Below are positions 1 through 10,348 of a stretch of DNA of 64,000 nt, piece after piece (within the stretch, counting starts at the first letter, position 1; each line of letters opens with the position of its first letter). The stretch comes from Somniosus microcephalus (lineage: Eukaryota). The stretch lies in the NCBI GenBank assembly GCA_052327205.1, contig CM126212.1, forward strand, positions 16,244,001-16,308,000, given 5' to 3'. Below the pieces are notes generated by a model. That model was not told the DNA's origin. It worked only from the letters and a program-made list of their open reading frames with translations, and searched no databases. A program made the position numbers and the translations under genes.

Positions 1-478
1 GACATCGCAAAGCACTTCACAGCCAATGAAGTACTTTTGAAGTGGAGTCACTGTTGCAAAGTGGGAAAAGCAGCAGCCACTTTGCGCACAGCAAGATCCC
101 ACAAACAGCAATGCCATAATTTTTTTTCTCCAAAAAGTGATGATGGTTGAAAGATAAATATTGGCCAGGACACCTCACTTGACTTTATTGCATTTATACA
201 GCACCTTTCACGACCACCGGACATCCCAAAGCGCTTTACAGCCAATGAAGTGCTTTTTGAAGTGTAGTCACTGTTGTAATGTAGGAAACGCAGCAACCAA
301 TTTGTGCACAGCAAGCTCCCACAAACAGCAATGAGATAATGACCAGATCATCTGCTTTTTATTGATGTTGATTGAGGGATAAATATCCGCCAGGACAATG
401 GGGAGAACTCCCCTGCTCGCTTTTGAAATACTGCTGTGGAATCTTTTACGTCCACCTGAGAGGGCAGACAGGGCCTGA
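1..478 (-). mobile_element. Two partial SacSINE1-like SINE copies
   Basis: Reverse-complement match to the SINE at 1241/5096; the motif cagccaatgaagtacttttgaagtgtagtcactgttg occurs twice in degenerate form. Confidence 0.8.
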
Positions 479-1494
479 CAAAACACAAACATTTATTATG
501 AGTTGATATAGTTGCCTACGCAAAATATTAAAATATTTAGAACACATAGTTCTGTAGTGATACCAGCAGAAGCTATTTCAAAAAACAAGGTCTGGTGCAG
601 TGACAGGCACTTCCCCAGGAGTTAAAGACTGACAAATGTGCCAGTGTAAGCCTTAACTCAAAGGCTCTCACTACAGTCAGACTTGCATGCTCGATAGGTT
701 GGATAATGCACTCTGTGAGTGGAATGGAAGTGTGCCAGAGAAGACCAATACTTAGCAGGAGGAAATATAACGTCTGATAGGACTTGTCTAAAATACACAG
801 AAACTACTCAACAAGTGATTTTATTTCACCCCATCTGCTAATTTACCTGACAGAGAGGGGAAAACGTGCCTCTTTTTCCAGGACAGTAACCTAATGGATC
901 CGCAATAAACCTTTGCTTTGGACACTTAACTCTTCAGTTGTCAAAAGGTGTTTCTATTTGTAAAACTGAATTTATATTTTGTTTTATTCCAACACCTTCC
1001 TGCAATTCTTTCCCCACTGACACGGATTAGTAAACATGCAAACTCTCAGCAGCCCAACGTGACTGGACACTACAAGGACGAATTCAACAAAGGACTCATT
1101 TCCAAACTGTACGCCAATCAGATGGCATCACAGAATGCAACGAGGGGCTTCACGTCTGTGATTTCCCACATAACAAGTCCTATATCTTGATTAGGCCATG
1201 AGGACAAAACACTGAATGGAACTGAGGTCTTTCCCTATCGGTCAGCTGTGGCTCAGTGGGCAGCACTCTCGCCTCTGAGTCAGAAGGTTGTGGGTTTAAG
1301 TCCCACTCCAGAGGCTTGAGCACAAAAATCTAGGCCAACACTCCAATGCAGTGCTGAGGGAGCGCTGCACTGTCGGAGGGGCCGTCTTTTGGATGAGATG
1401 TTAAACCGAGGCCTTGTCTGCTCTCTCAGGTGGACATAAAAGATCCCACGGCACTATTCCGAAGAAGAGCAGTGGAGTTATCCCCAGTGTCCTG

Positions 1495-1751
1495 TGTTGT
1501 GTATGTAATATGTGTGCTACTTTGAACCTATGGACAGGACTGCACTACTTGTTGGGCGTAGTGATACGCAGTACCACTCCTGGCCATAGGGGTATAAATA
1601 GTACTGTGGGTACTGATCTCCCCTCAGTTCCCGCCTGTGGGCATGAAGTAAAGACCTATGTATAGTCCCTACCTCCAACCAGTAAAGACCTGTTTGAGTT
1701 ATACGTTTAAGTCTTTGTGTTAATTGTTCAATACAATACACATACTTAACA
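1495..1751 (+). promoter_or_regulatory. 5' LTR of the chimeric element
   Basis: TG...CA ends, TATAAATA near 1593, and two AGTAAAGACCT copies (polyA-signal variant) at about 1648 and 1681. Confidence 0.85.
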
Positions 1752-2305
1752 CTGGCGACGAGTCTGATTCGGACCCTGCGGCAGTCACTCCACGGCAGCT
1801 TCGTCCACAGCCAGGACGTTGCAGAGAGGTTTCCACCCTCTCCACCCCACTGGAAGACATCCTGACCTCGGAGCCTCCATCGGCGACCGTCAGCTTCTTC
1901 TCCAGCTTGGTGGTGGGTAAGCCGTTGTCTGAGCCGGGCAGCGACGCGACAGGCAGTCGACCGCGTTGGCCGCACGAACGGGGCTGGGGGAGCTGGAGGA
2001 ATAGGGCGCGAGAGCCGCTTCGAGCGGGAGGCGTTTCAACAGAGCGATCGCATCTCCTGATAAGAGCCGAGAGCCGCTTCGCGATCCAGCGATCGCATCC
2101 GCTGATAAGGGCCGCACTCGGGCGATCGCGGCGAAGATAAGGGCCGCACTCGGGGGCTGAAGGGAGACGGCGTCGGGGGACGGGTGAAGACCGCCAAGCG
2201 CGGGAAAACCGCCATTTTGTGGGCGGAGGACGACGGCAAGAGCGGGAAGCCGCCATCTTTGATAACAAGTAAAGAAAATAAAATCTGAGAAATTGCAAAT
2301 CTACA

Positions 2306-4522
2306 ATGCCTAAACACGGGAATATTAGCACCTTTGATAGTGACCTCGAAGATTGGGCCATATATGTTGAAAGAGTAAAAAATTATTGTAAGGCCAATAA
2401 AATTCGTGACCAAGATAAAGCTCTAACATTATTAAATTTAATGGGTGCGAAGACATACGGGCAATTGAAACACCTGTTATCACCAGATGAACCGGCGGAT
2501 AAGACGTTCGATGAGATTGTTACTGTCCTGAAAGATCATCTAAACCCCACGCCGCTGATGCTAGCGGAACGATTTAAATTTTACGACAGAAGGCAGCTAC
2601 AGCATGAAAGCAATGCTGATTATTTGCTGGAATTGCGTAAATTAGCGAAATATTGCCAGTTTGGAACGGGACTGACAGAGGCACTTCGAGACAAATTTGT
2701 GTGTGGTTTATTTAAACAGGATACACAAAAGCGACTGCTAGAGGAGAATGAGCTGACGCTTGAGAAGGCGGTCACTATGGCAGCAGCACACGAAGCCGCA
2801 GCGAGAGGCACGGCAGTAATGCAGCTACGGTCACCGGAGCTCAGTACACACAAATTGGGTGTGAGTTCTGGCAAATGTTATCGTTGTGGAAAGACAACGC
2901 ATGATGAGAACCAGTGTTGGTTTAAAAACCAAGAATGTAGAACTTGTGGTAGGCTTGGACATATAGCTAGAGTATGCAGGTCAGGGAAGAAGACCAGCAA
3001 CAAGAAGTCACCGCAAGGAAAATACGCAAAGGTACACAAGGTGACCGAACAGGAGTCCGATTCAGACGCTAGCAGTAATGAACTGGCTAGCTTAAGCTGT
3101 AATGAACTGGCTAGCTTAAGAGTACTCAACGCTGGTAAGGGTGCAGACCTCCAGACAATTTGGGTCACTCTTCAGATAGAAGGAGTCCAAGTAAAACTGG
3201 AATTGGACACTGGATCGGCATTGACGGTCATAAATAAGAAAGATTACGGAAAGATATTCCAACATATTCCCCTACAGGATACGGGGATTATATTGAAAAC
3301 ATACACGGGGCAAAGAGTGTACCCCATCGGGAAAATAGAGGTTGCAGTGGTCCACAAGGGCGAAGACAGTCAAATAATGGACTTATATGTGATATCTGAA
3401 GGAGGTTCTCCACTACTAGGACGGGAGTGGATTAGGAAAATGAATATGGACTGGCATTTCCTACAAAAAATAACGAGTGAGAACTCGGTGAAGATAGTCG
3501 GCCCAGACTCTGGAACGGATGATGGTAAGCCCAACTCAGGTGCAAAAGACAAAGTTTCAGCACAGAATTCCACTGAGCAACAACAACATAGTTTAACTGT
3601 GGATTCTGAGTCTGGCAAGTCTACTGATGTGCCCATTTCTGAGGGACACCGGGCTCGAACTCAACTCCATTTCAAACTACAACAGCAATTAGAACAAATG
3701 CTTCGCCGTTGTGAGCAAGAGTTGAATGCAACGAAAGAGTTCTTTGATATAGAGTTGGAGAATCTGGAAAGACAACAGAAGCAGCTGATGGAGAAAATGG
3801 AGCAGGAGCACACAAAACGTCTGATGTCAGAGGAGTTAACGGTCAGCCAACTCCTGCATATGCTGAAGGACAGGACTCTGAAATGGGAAAAACTTGAACA
3901 CGAACTTCAATATTCAAACGAAAGGGGTTCGGAGCTCTCAAAGGTTATTGGAAGAGCTGAGGTGGCAACACAGACTGAGATGACTGCAACAGAGCAGCCC
4001 TTGGATGCCAAAAGTACGCTGACTCACGTCAACGTAGAACAACAGACCGCTGAAACAGCTGCTCCGGTAGAGGGATTGAATAGTCCGATCAATCAATCTC
4101 CAAAAGAAGTTGAAGTAGTAAAATCTCAAATGAGGTCATTAGTAAACGACTTGCTGAAAGCCCAGAAAAAGCTGGATGAAGAGGTACGCATGAAGAAGTC
4201 TCTTCAGGAAAGATGTCTGGACTTGGAACAAAAGCTGGCTAACGCCCAGCTGGGTATGGAGGAAATAGAAGACCCTCTCGCTGGCCTAGATCAGGACGAC
4301 ACCGAATATTACTATGTCCTGTCCTGCCCAACTTGTAACTTCGACTCCCACCATACAGAAATCATGGAGGAGCACCGAAAGTCTACGGAACATCGGGAGA
4401 AGGTGGCTCTACTACGGAAAAAGGAGGGAGAGAAGGAGGAACTGCGCATGCAGCTGGCAGCTGACAGTGGAGCCCAGAGAGTCTCCAAGAAGCAGAAAAG
4501 GAAAAGTCGAAACAGAAGATGA
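2306..4522 (+). CDS. Gag (two CCHC knuckles) + aspartic protease fused in frame to host-derived coiled-coil and C2H2 zinc-finger segments, 738 aa
   Basis: [14 protein letters not shown] and [14 protein letters not shown] knuckles; protease LELDTGS...LLGREW. No YLDD, RNaseH or DDE motifs. Tail resembles STK10/SLK, OPTN and DNAJC21. Confidence 0.9.
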   Translation: MPKHGNISTFDSDLEDWAIYVERVKNYCKANKIRDQDKALTLLNLMGAKTYGQLKHLLSPDEPADKTFDEIVTVLKDHLNPTPLMLAERFKFYDRRQLQHESNADYLLELRKLAKYCQFGTGLTEALRDKFVCGLFKQDTQKRLLEENELTLEKAVTMAAAHEAAARGTAVMQLRSPELSTHKLGVSSGKCYRCGKTTHDENQCWFKNQECRTCGRLGHIARVCRSGKKTSNKKSPQGKYAKVHKVTEQESDSDASSNELASLSCNELASLRVLNAGKGADLQTIWVTLQIEGVQVKLELDTGSALTVINKKDYGKIFQHIPLQDTGIILKTYTGQRVYPIGKIEVAVVHKGEDSQIMDLYVISEGGSPLLGREWIRKMNMDWHFLQKITSENSVKIVGPDSGTDDGKPNSGAKDKVSAQNSTEQQQHSLTVDSESGKSTDVPISEGHRARTQLHFKLQQQLEQMLRRCEQELNATKEFFDIELENLERQQKQLMEKMEQEHTKRLMSEELTVSQLLHMLKDRTLKWEKLEHELQYSNERGSELSKVIGRAEVATQTEMTATEQPLDAKSTLTHVNVEQQTAETAAPVEGLNSPINQSPKEVEVVKSQMRSLVNDLLKAQKKLDEEVRMKKSLQERCLDLEQKLANAQLGMEEIEDPLAGLDQDDTEYYYVLSCPTCNFDSHHTEIMEEHRKSTEHREKVALLRKKEGEKEELRMQLAADSGAQRVSKKQKRKSRNRR

Positions 4523-5970
4523 CCCATCTGAACCATTATTACCTCTACCAGATCACACACGTGGTCCCTCCGAACGGAGCCAATTCAGTTCGGAAGTTCA
4601 AACTGTTAAATCCATGGAAGGACTATTGAATGAGTCACTCCAGCAACGTGAACCGACTACACCACAGAGATTGAATCTGTGAACTGTTTTCCGCAGAGAC
4701 TGAATCTGTGATCTGTTTTGACATGAAGTTATCTATGTATCTATGTTATTCTGTTATGTAAACCTGAAGTTATATATGTATATATGTTATTACGTTATGT
4801 TAAATGGGGAGATGACTGTAAAGCTAGGAAGGGAGGAACGTTGTGTATGTAATATGTGTGCTACTTTGAACCTATGGACAGGACTGCACTACTTGTTGGG
4901 CGTAGTGATACGCAGTACCACTCCTGGCCATAGGGGTATAAATAGTACTGTGGGTACTGATCTCCCCTCAGTTCCCGCCTGTGGGCATGAAGTAAAGACC
5001 TACGTGTAGTCCCTACCTCCAACCAGTAAAGACCTGTTTGAGTTATACGTTTAAGTCTTTGTGTTAATTGTTCAATACAATACACATACTTAACATCCTG
5101 GCCAATATTTATCCCTCAATCAACTTAACAAAAACAGATTACCTGTATCTGGTCATTATCACATTGCTGTTTGTGGGACCTTGCTGTGCGCAAATTGGCT
5201 GCCGCGTTTCCCACTGTTTACAACAGTGACTACACTCCAAATGTACTTCATTGGCTTCATCGGTGGTCATGAAAGGCGCTAGATAAATGCAAATCTTTCG
5301 TTCTTTCAGGCAGGGGGTAAGATTGCAAAGCAGCTCCAATTGGCATTAACAGAGATCTAGAAACAGGTTGCTTGATCACCCAGAAAATAATACATGGCAC
5401 AAAGAGGGAAGAGAAAATCTCAAACGGGAGAATGAAAATGGTTCCAGCTGATAAAAACGTTGTTATTTTTGCAACCAACCTCTTGCCACAACCCCGTTTT
5501 ATGTTTAGTAGACTCTGAAAGCTCACTTCAGCATGTCTTAACAAGCAGCTCGCTTTCAAGTAGTAAGAAATCAGCTGTCAATAATTTCCTATTTTTCCTC
5601 TTTAAAGTTGATGAATGCGGATTTCACTCTTCCGATAGGTTGAGCCCAATTCACGCACCTTTTCAAAACGCTGCATCTATCTCTGTAACATTTTGACAAT
5701 GCTATATTTGGCACAGGCGCGATGGGCCGAATGGCCTCTTTCTGTGCTGTATGATTTGAAAATAAGAGAGGATGAATACACCTCAAGACACTTTGGAGGT
5801 CGTTTTTGTCTTCACCATTTGAGCGGTAAACCAGTGAGGCCGATCGATGGAAATGAAAATCGGGGGGTTTCTACAGCGGGCCGGACGGGTTCTATAACAG
5901 CCGGACAATCCACTCCGCCAGAATACTGCCTGTGCACAATGCAGACGAAAATTTAATGCACAATATTAAT

Positions 5971-6450
5971 TTCACCAGGCTGATACCTGGGATGGCAGGA
6001 ATGACGTATCAGGAGAGATTGGGTCGATTGGGCTTGTACTCGCTGGAGTTTAGAAGAATGAGAGGGGATCTCATTGAAACTTATAAAATTCTGACAGGAC
6101 TGGACAGACTAGATGCAGGAAGGATGTTCCCAATGGTCGGGGAGTCCAGAACCAGGGGTCACAGTCTAAGGATAAGGGGTAGGCCATTTAGGACAGAAAT
6201 GAGGAGGAATTTCTTCACCCAGAGAGCGGTGAACCTGTGGAATTCTCTACCACAAAAGGCGGCGGAGGCCAATACATTAAATATATTCAAGAAGGAGTTG
6301 GATATATTTCTTAAGGCTAAAGGGATCAAGGGGTATGGGGAGAAAGCAATGACCGGGTACTGAATTTGGATGATCAGCCATGATCGCATTGAATGACAGA
6401 GCAGGCTCGAGGGGCCGAATGGCCTCCTCCTGCTCCTATCTTCTATGTTT
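5971..6450 (+). mobile_element. CR1 LINE 3' fragment
   Basis: FTRLIPGM...LGLYSLEFRRMRGDLIE...FFTQRAVNLWNSLP, followed by the gaatggcctcctcctgctcc 3' UTR. Confidence 0.9.
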
Positions 6451-7159
6451 CAGGAGTGACACCGGGTGGCCACAGCAGCACCTCACAGAGCAACACGGCA
6501 GCAACAGCTTCGGCAGATAGGAGTGCACATTTTCCAAGGTTAATGCCTACACATGCTAGCCAAGATTGACAATTAAAGATTAGCATCAAAGGGACAGCTG
6601 CCTTGAGAAAGTTTTCAGCACATCTACTAAATGGGACAGCGAGACTGAAAAAAATGCAAAGGTCATAAACGTCAGTGAGTCACTGACAATGTAAACAGAA
6701 ACTTGGCATGAACCCTTTGCCCTTACCTTCAGTCTGAATTCTATTAAAATCCAAACTGCCCATTCACTGCAGACAGTGTTTTGTGCGAAGGTCTGAGTCA
6801 AAGCTTTTCTTTCCAAAATTAAAATTCATTTGACCGCGTAATGAGGTGGGGCGGGGGGAATTTCTCCTGTTGCTGGTTTTAGTTAACTTTATGTCATAAA
6901 ATTTTTTGACAGATGGAATTTCACCCCCAAAAGTATTTTGTTGTAAAGAAGTGAAAAATGAACAGTGCAATGTGACAGAAGAAAAATGTAGGTTGGAAAA
7001 GCTCATCCATTCCTCTGTCACTCAGTTCACGTTTGAGCATCCATTATGAAAAACCTTTCCTTTCTCTGCCTCAAATCTGTATCTTTTTACTCTTTCCTGA
7101 ATCAGGAATCAATCCAATTCCTTGTTAAATGGTTTGACTGAATTAGCAGGTAAAGAAAG

Positions 7160-7580
7160 AAAGACTTGCATTTCTATAGCACCTTTCATGACCATCGGAC
7201 GGCCCAAGTCGCTTTACAGCCAATGAAGTACTTCTTGAAGCGTGGTCACTGTTGTAATGTGGGAAATGCAGCAGCCAATTTGCACACCGCAAGCTCCCAC
7301 AAACAGCAATGTGATAAGGACCAGATAATGTTTTTTTTCGATGTTGATTGAGGGATAAATATTGGCTAGGACACCGGGGAGAACTCATGCTCTTCTTCGA
7401 AATAATGCCATAGGATCTTTTACGTCCACCTGAGAGAGCAGACAGGGCGTCGGTTTAACATCTCATCTGAAAGTCAGCACCTCCGACAGTGCAGGGCTCC
7501 CTCAGCACTGCACTGGAGTGTCAAGCCTAGATTATGTGCTCAAGTCTCTGGAGTGGGATTTGAACCCACAACCTTCTGAC
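7160..7580 (-). mobile_element. SacSINE1-like SINE
   Basis: Near-full-length match to the same family. Further copies at about 12056-12915 (-), 25885-26230 (-), 29720-30085 (+), 39196-39627 (-) and 41775-42467 (-). Confidence 0.85.
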
Positions 7581-7715
7581 TATTGCAAGAAGTGATGCCC
7601 TATTCCAAGGGGTGATGCTCTATTTCCAGCTCTGCACTGGTGATGAAGCCCCTTCCCTGCCACGTAGCAGAAAATCACAGGCAAGGTACCTTGATGTGGA
7701 CTTTTTTCTTTATTC

Positions 7716-8315
7716 GTTCATGGGATCAGGGCGTCGTGGGCAACGCCAGCCTTTATTGCCCATCCCAAGTTGCCCTTGAGAAGATGGTGATGAGCCGCCT
7801 TCTTGAACCGCTGCAGTCCGTGTGGTGAAGGTATTCCCGTAGTGCTGTTTGGGAGGGAGTTCCAGGATTTTGACCCAGCGACGATGAAGGAACGGCGATA
7901 TACTTCTAAGTCAGGATGGTGTGTGACTTGGAGGGGAACTTGGAGGTGATGGTGTTCCCATGCACCTGCTGCCCTTGTCCTTCTAGGTGGAAGAGGTTGC
8001 GGGTTTGGGAGGTGCTGCCGAAGAAGCCTTGGCGAGTTGCTGCAGTGCATCTTGTAGATGGTACACACTGTAGCCACGGTACACCAGTGGTGGAGGGAGT
8101 GAATGTTTAAGGTGGTGGATAGGGTGCCAATCAAGCGGGCTGCTTAGTCCTGGATGCTGCCAAGCTTCTTGAGTGTTGTTGGAGCTGCACTCATCCAGGC
8201 AAGTGGAGAGTATTCCATCACACTCCTGACTTGTGCCTTGCAGATGGTGGAAAGGCTTTAGGGAGTCAGGTGAGACACTCGCCGCAGAATACCTAGCCTC
8301 TGACCTGCTCTTGTT
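7716..8315 (-). mobile_element. 3' fragment of a CR1-group (L2/Crack-like) LINE
   Basis: Same family as 61440-62145 (IGT.STTLNIHSL...KSWNSLP...RFKKAAHHHLL). Confidence 0.8.
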
Positions 8316-8660
8316 GCCAGAGACTTTTGCCTAACAAGTCAACCGCTCTAAGCAAAAAGATATTGGGGCAAGATTTTCACTGCATTATTTATAGCAAAAT
8401 TCAAAATGTGTTCTTTACATATGCACTCACACAACGAACAGTGGAACTCTTACCCCGTTATTCCTTAATTTTTTCGTTAGTGCTTAGCAGGTGAGGAACG
8501 TCTGTGACATTCCCCAGCACTCTTGCCTCTTCGGGCCAGGTCAGGTATATTAGAATTAGACGTAGAGCAAAGCTCCCCCTCTCCTCTACTCTAATAGCAT
8601 GCCTCAGCAAACAACCCTTGATTCGCATTTTGGTTCTCTGCACATGTTAAGATGGTGGTA

Positions 8661-8780
8661 ACCAGAGTTCAAAAGACCAAGAGAGTTGTGAGAATCTGGT
8701 ACCAGAATTCAAAAGACCAAGAGAATGGTGAGAATCTGGCACCAGAATTCAAAAGACCAAAAGAATGGTGAGAATGTGCA
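8661..8780. repeat. 40-bp tandem repeat x3
   Basis: Unit accagaattcaaaagaccaagagaatggtgagaatctgg(t/c), at the start of a decayed CR1 tail. Confidence 0.85.
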
Positions 8781-10149
8781 ACTCGCTACCACAAGTCGTT
8801 GAGACGAATTGCATAAATGCATTTAAGGGGAAGCTAGATAATGCAGAGGAGTGGGAGTAGGCTTGTGTGGAGCATAAACACTGGCACAGACCAGTTGGGC
8901 CGAATGGTCGGTTTCTGCGCGGTAAATTCTATGTAATTTTACACAGTTTAATTTAATAAATTGTGTAAGCCCCATGGAGAGACTTTATCAATGCAAATAT
9001 TTGCGAGAAGAGCTAACCATGGCACACAAATCACTGAAGAATTTGTACCACAGAGAAAATGCCAACTTAGACCTTCGCTGGTTTGTAAATAAAGGCCGTT
9101 TGCTTTGCTCGGCCTATTCCTTTGGGAACCCAGCTCCCTGTCACGGGCATCATTTATATCCGGCTCCATCTGTAATTGTACAGTTTTAGATGATGCTGTG
9201 ACAGGAGTCCCATCTCTACGGAGGCTTATTTTTTGTCTGCTAGCGAACCCCGTAGTCAAAAAACTATTACACAAAGGATTTCCTGTGAATGCCAATTTCT
9301 AAAGGCTTTCCAATGAAACTATGCAAATGGCTGCCAGATTCTCCAGGAGTGCTTATTTTTTCAGATAATCTTGGCACCCATTTTGCTGTGAGCGTCGCAC
9401 ACTGCTTATTATCTCCAGGTCTGGGAGCCGGCAGGGATTCAAGGAATGAGGAGAGGAGTGGGAAATCAAATGAAATGCGACGGGAGTAAACAGGGCAGTG
9501 AGAGAAAAAGCAAAACAAAAAAAAACACCACACACACATACAAGAAGCAAGAAAATTAAAACATGGAGAAGCAGCACCAGGAAAGAAAAGGTGCTAATTA
9601 AATCTGAGAAGCTCAGAAAAGAAAAGAAACAAAACAACGAATAAAGCAAGCATTACCACAAAATTCTAAATTTGGATGATCAGCCATGATCTCATTAAAT
9701 GGCGGAACAGGCTCGAGGGGCCGAATGGCCTACTCCTGCTCCAATCTTCTATGTTAAATGGCTTTCTTGTACACATGAGCTGGGTAACGTATAGGAACCC
9801 TTTTGTTTCTTCCATACTTTTTCTGCACTGGAGTACAAGAAACACTGTGTGGTGCCCATAACAGGTTTGATAATCACCATTGGGGGGGACTGCTGCTTAG
9901 TCCTTACCTAGGTTTCAAGGTATCTGCATTTTAACCCTAATTCAGGGCTGTACCCCTTAATGTCTTGCCGAATTGGAAATCTGTCCAGTTCCTTGTTGAC
10001 TATATCCATTTTCTACCCTAGTTTGTTGTTGTTTAACACCACATGTAGTACCTGAAGCAATTTCCCATGCTACATACAGTCAAGCCCAAGTTTGGAAGAT
10101 TTAAGAGGCAGCACAGTTATTTTCATGCTAACAACGGATGCGAGAGCTG

Positions 10150-10348
10150 ACAGAGAAGATCTATATAGAGGAGTCGTCGATTGGGAGATTTATGTAGAGA
10201 AGGGAGGTCGTTTGAGAAGATCTCTACAGACGAGGGACACGTTTGAGGAGTTCTCGACAGAAAAGAGTCGATTGAGAAGATCTTCATAGACAAGAGAGAT
10301 GATTGAGGTGATCTCTACAGACAAGAGAGTCGATTAAGAAGATCTACC
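10150..10348. repeat. Degenerate ~30-bp minisatellite, about 6 copies
   Basis: Recurrent gattgagaagatctctacagacaagagagtc-like unit. Confidence 0.7.

Larger units (their letters stand above)
1495..5095 (+). mobile_element. Non-autonomous Ty3/Gypsy (Mag-type) LTR retrotransposon with a chimeric gag-protease ORF
   Basis: 257-bp LTRs at 1495-1751 and 4839-5095 with 3 differences counted by eye. 5-bp TSD TCCTG (1490-1494, 5096-5100). PBS TGGCGACGAG (1753-1762, complementary to the tRNA-Ser(GCU) 3' end) and PPT aggaagggaggaa before the 3' LTR. Inserted into a SINE. Confidence 0.95.
1241..5305 (+). mobile_element. tRNA-derived Deu-domain SINE (SacSINE1-like), split by the LTR element
   Basis: tRNA-like head gctgtggctcagtgg...ggtttaagtccc and Deu-like core ttaaaccgaggcc. 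The halves 1241-1494 and 5096-5305 rejoin at the TSD. Confidence 0.85.

Noticed and set aside
1241-1312. tRNA gene
   Set aside because: It is the tRNA-derived head of a SINE, followed by the SINE core; the same applies to the other SINE heads.
1517-2413. Overlapping 125-213 aa ORFs in the LTR leader (also 45548-46277)
   Set aside because: GC-rich, stop-poor repeated leader sequence with no recognisable domains.
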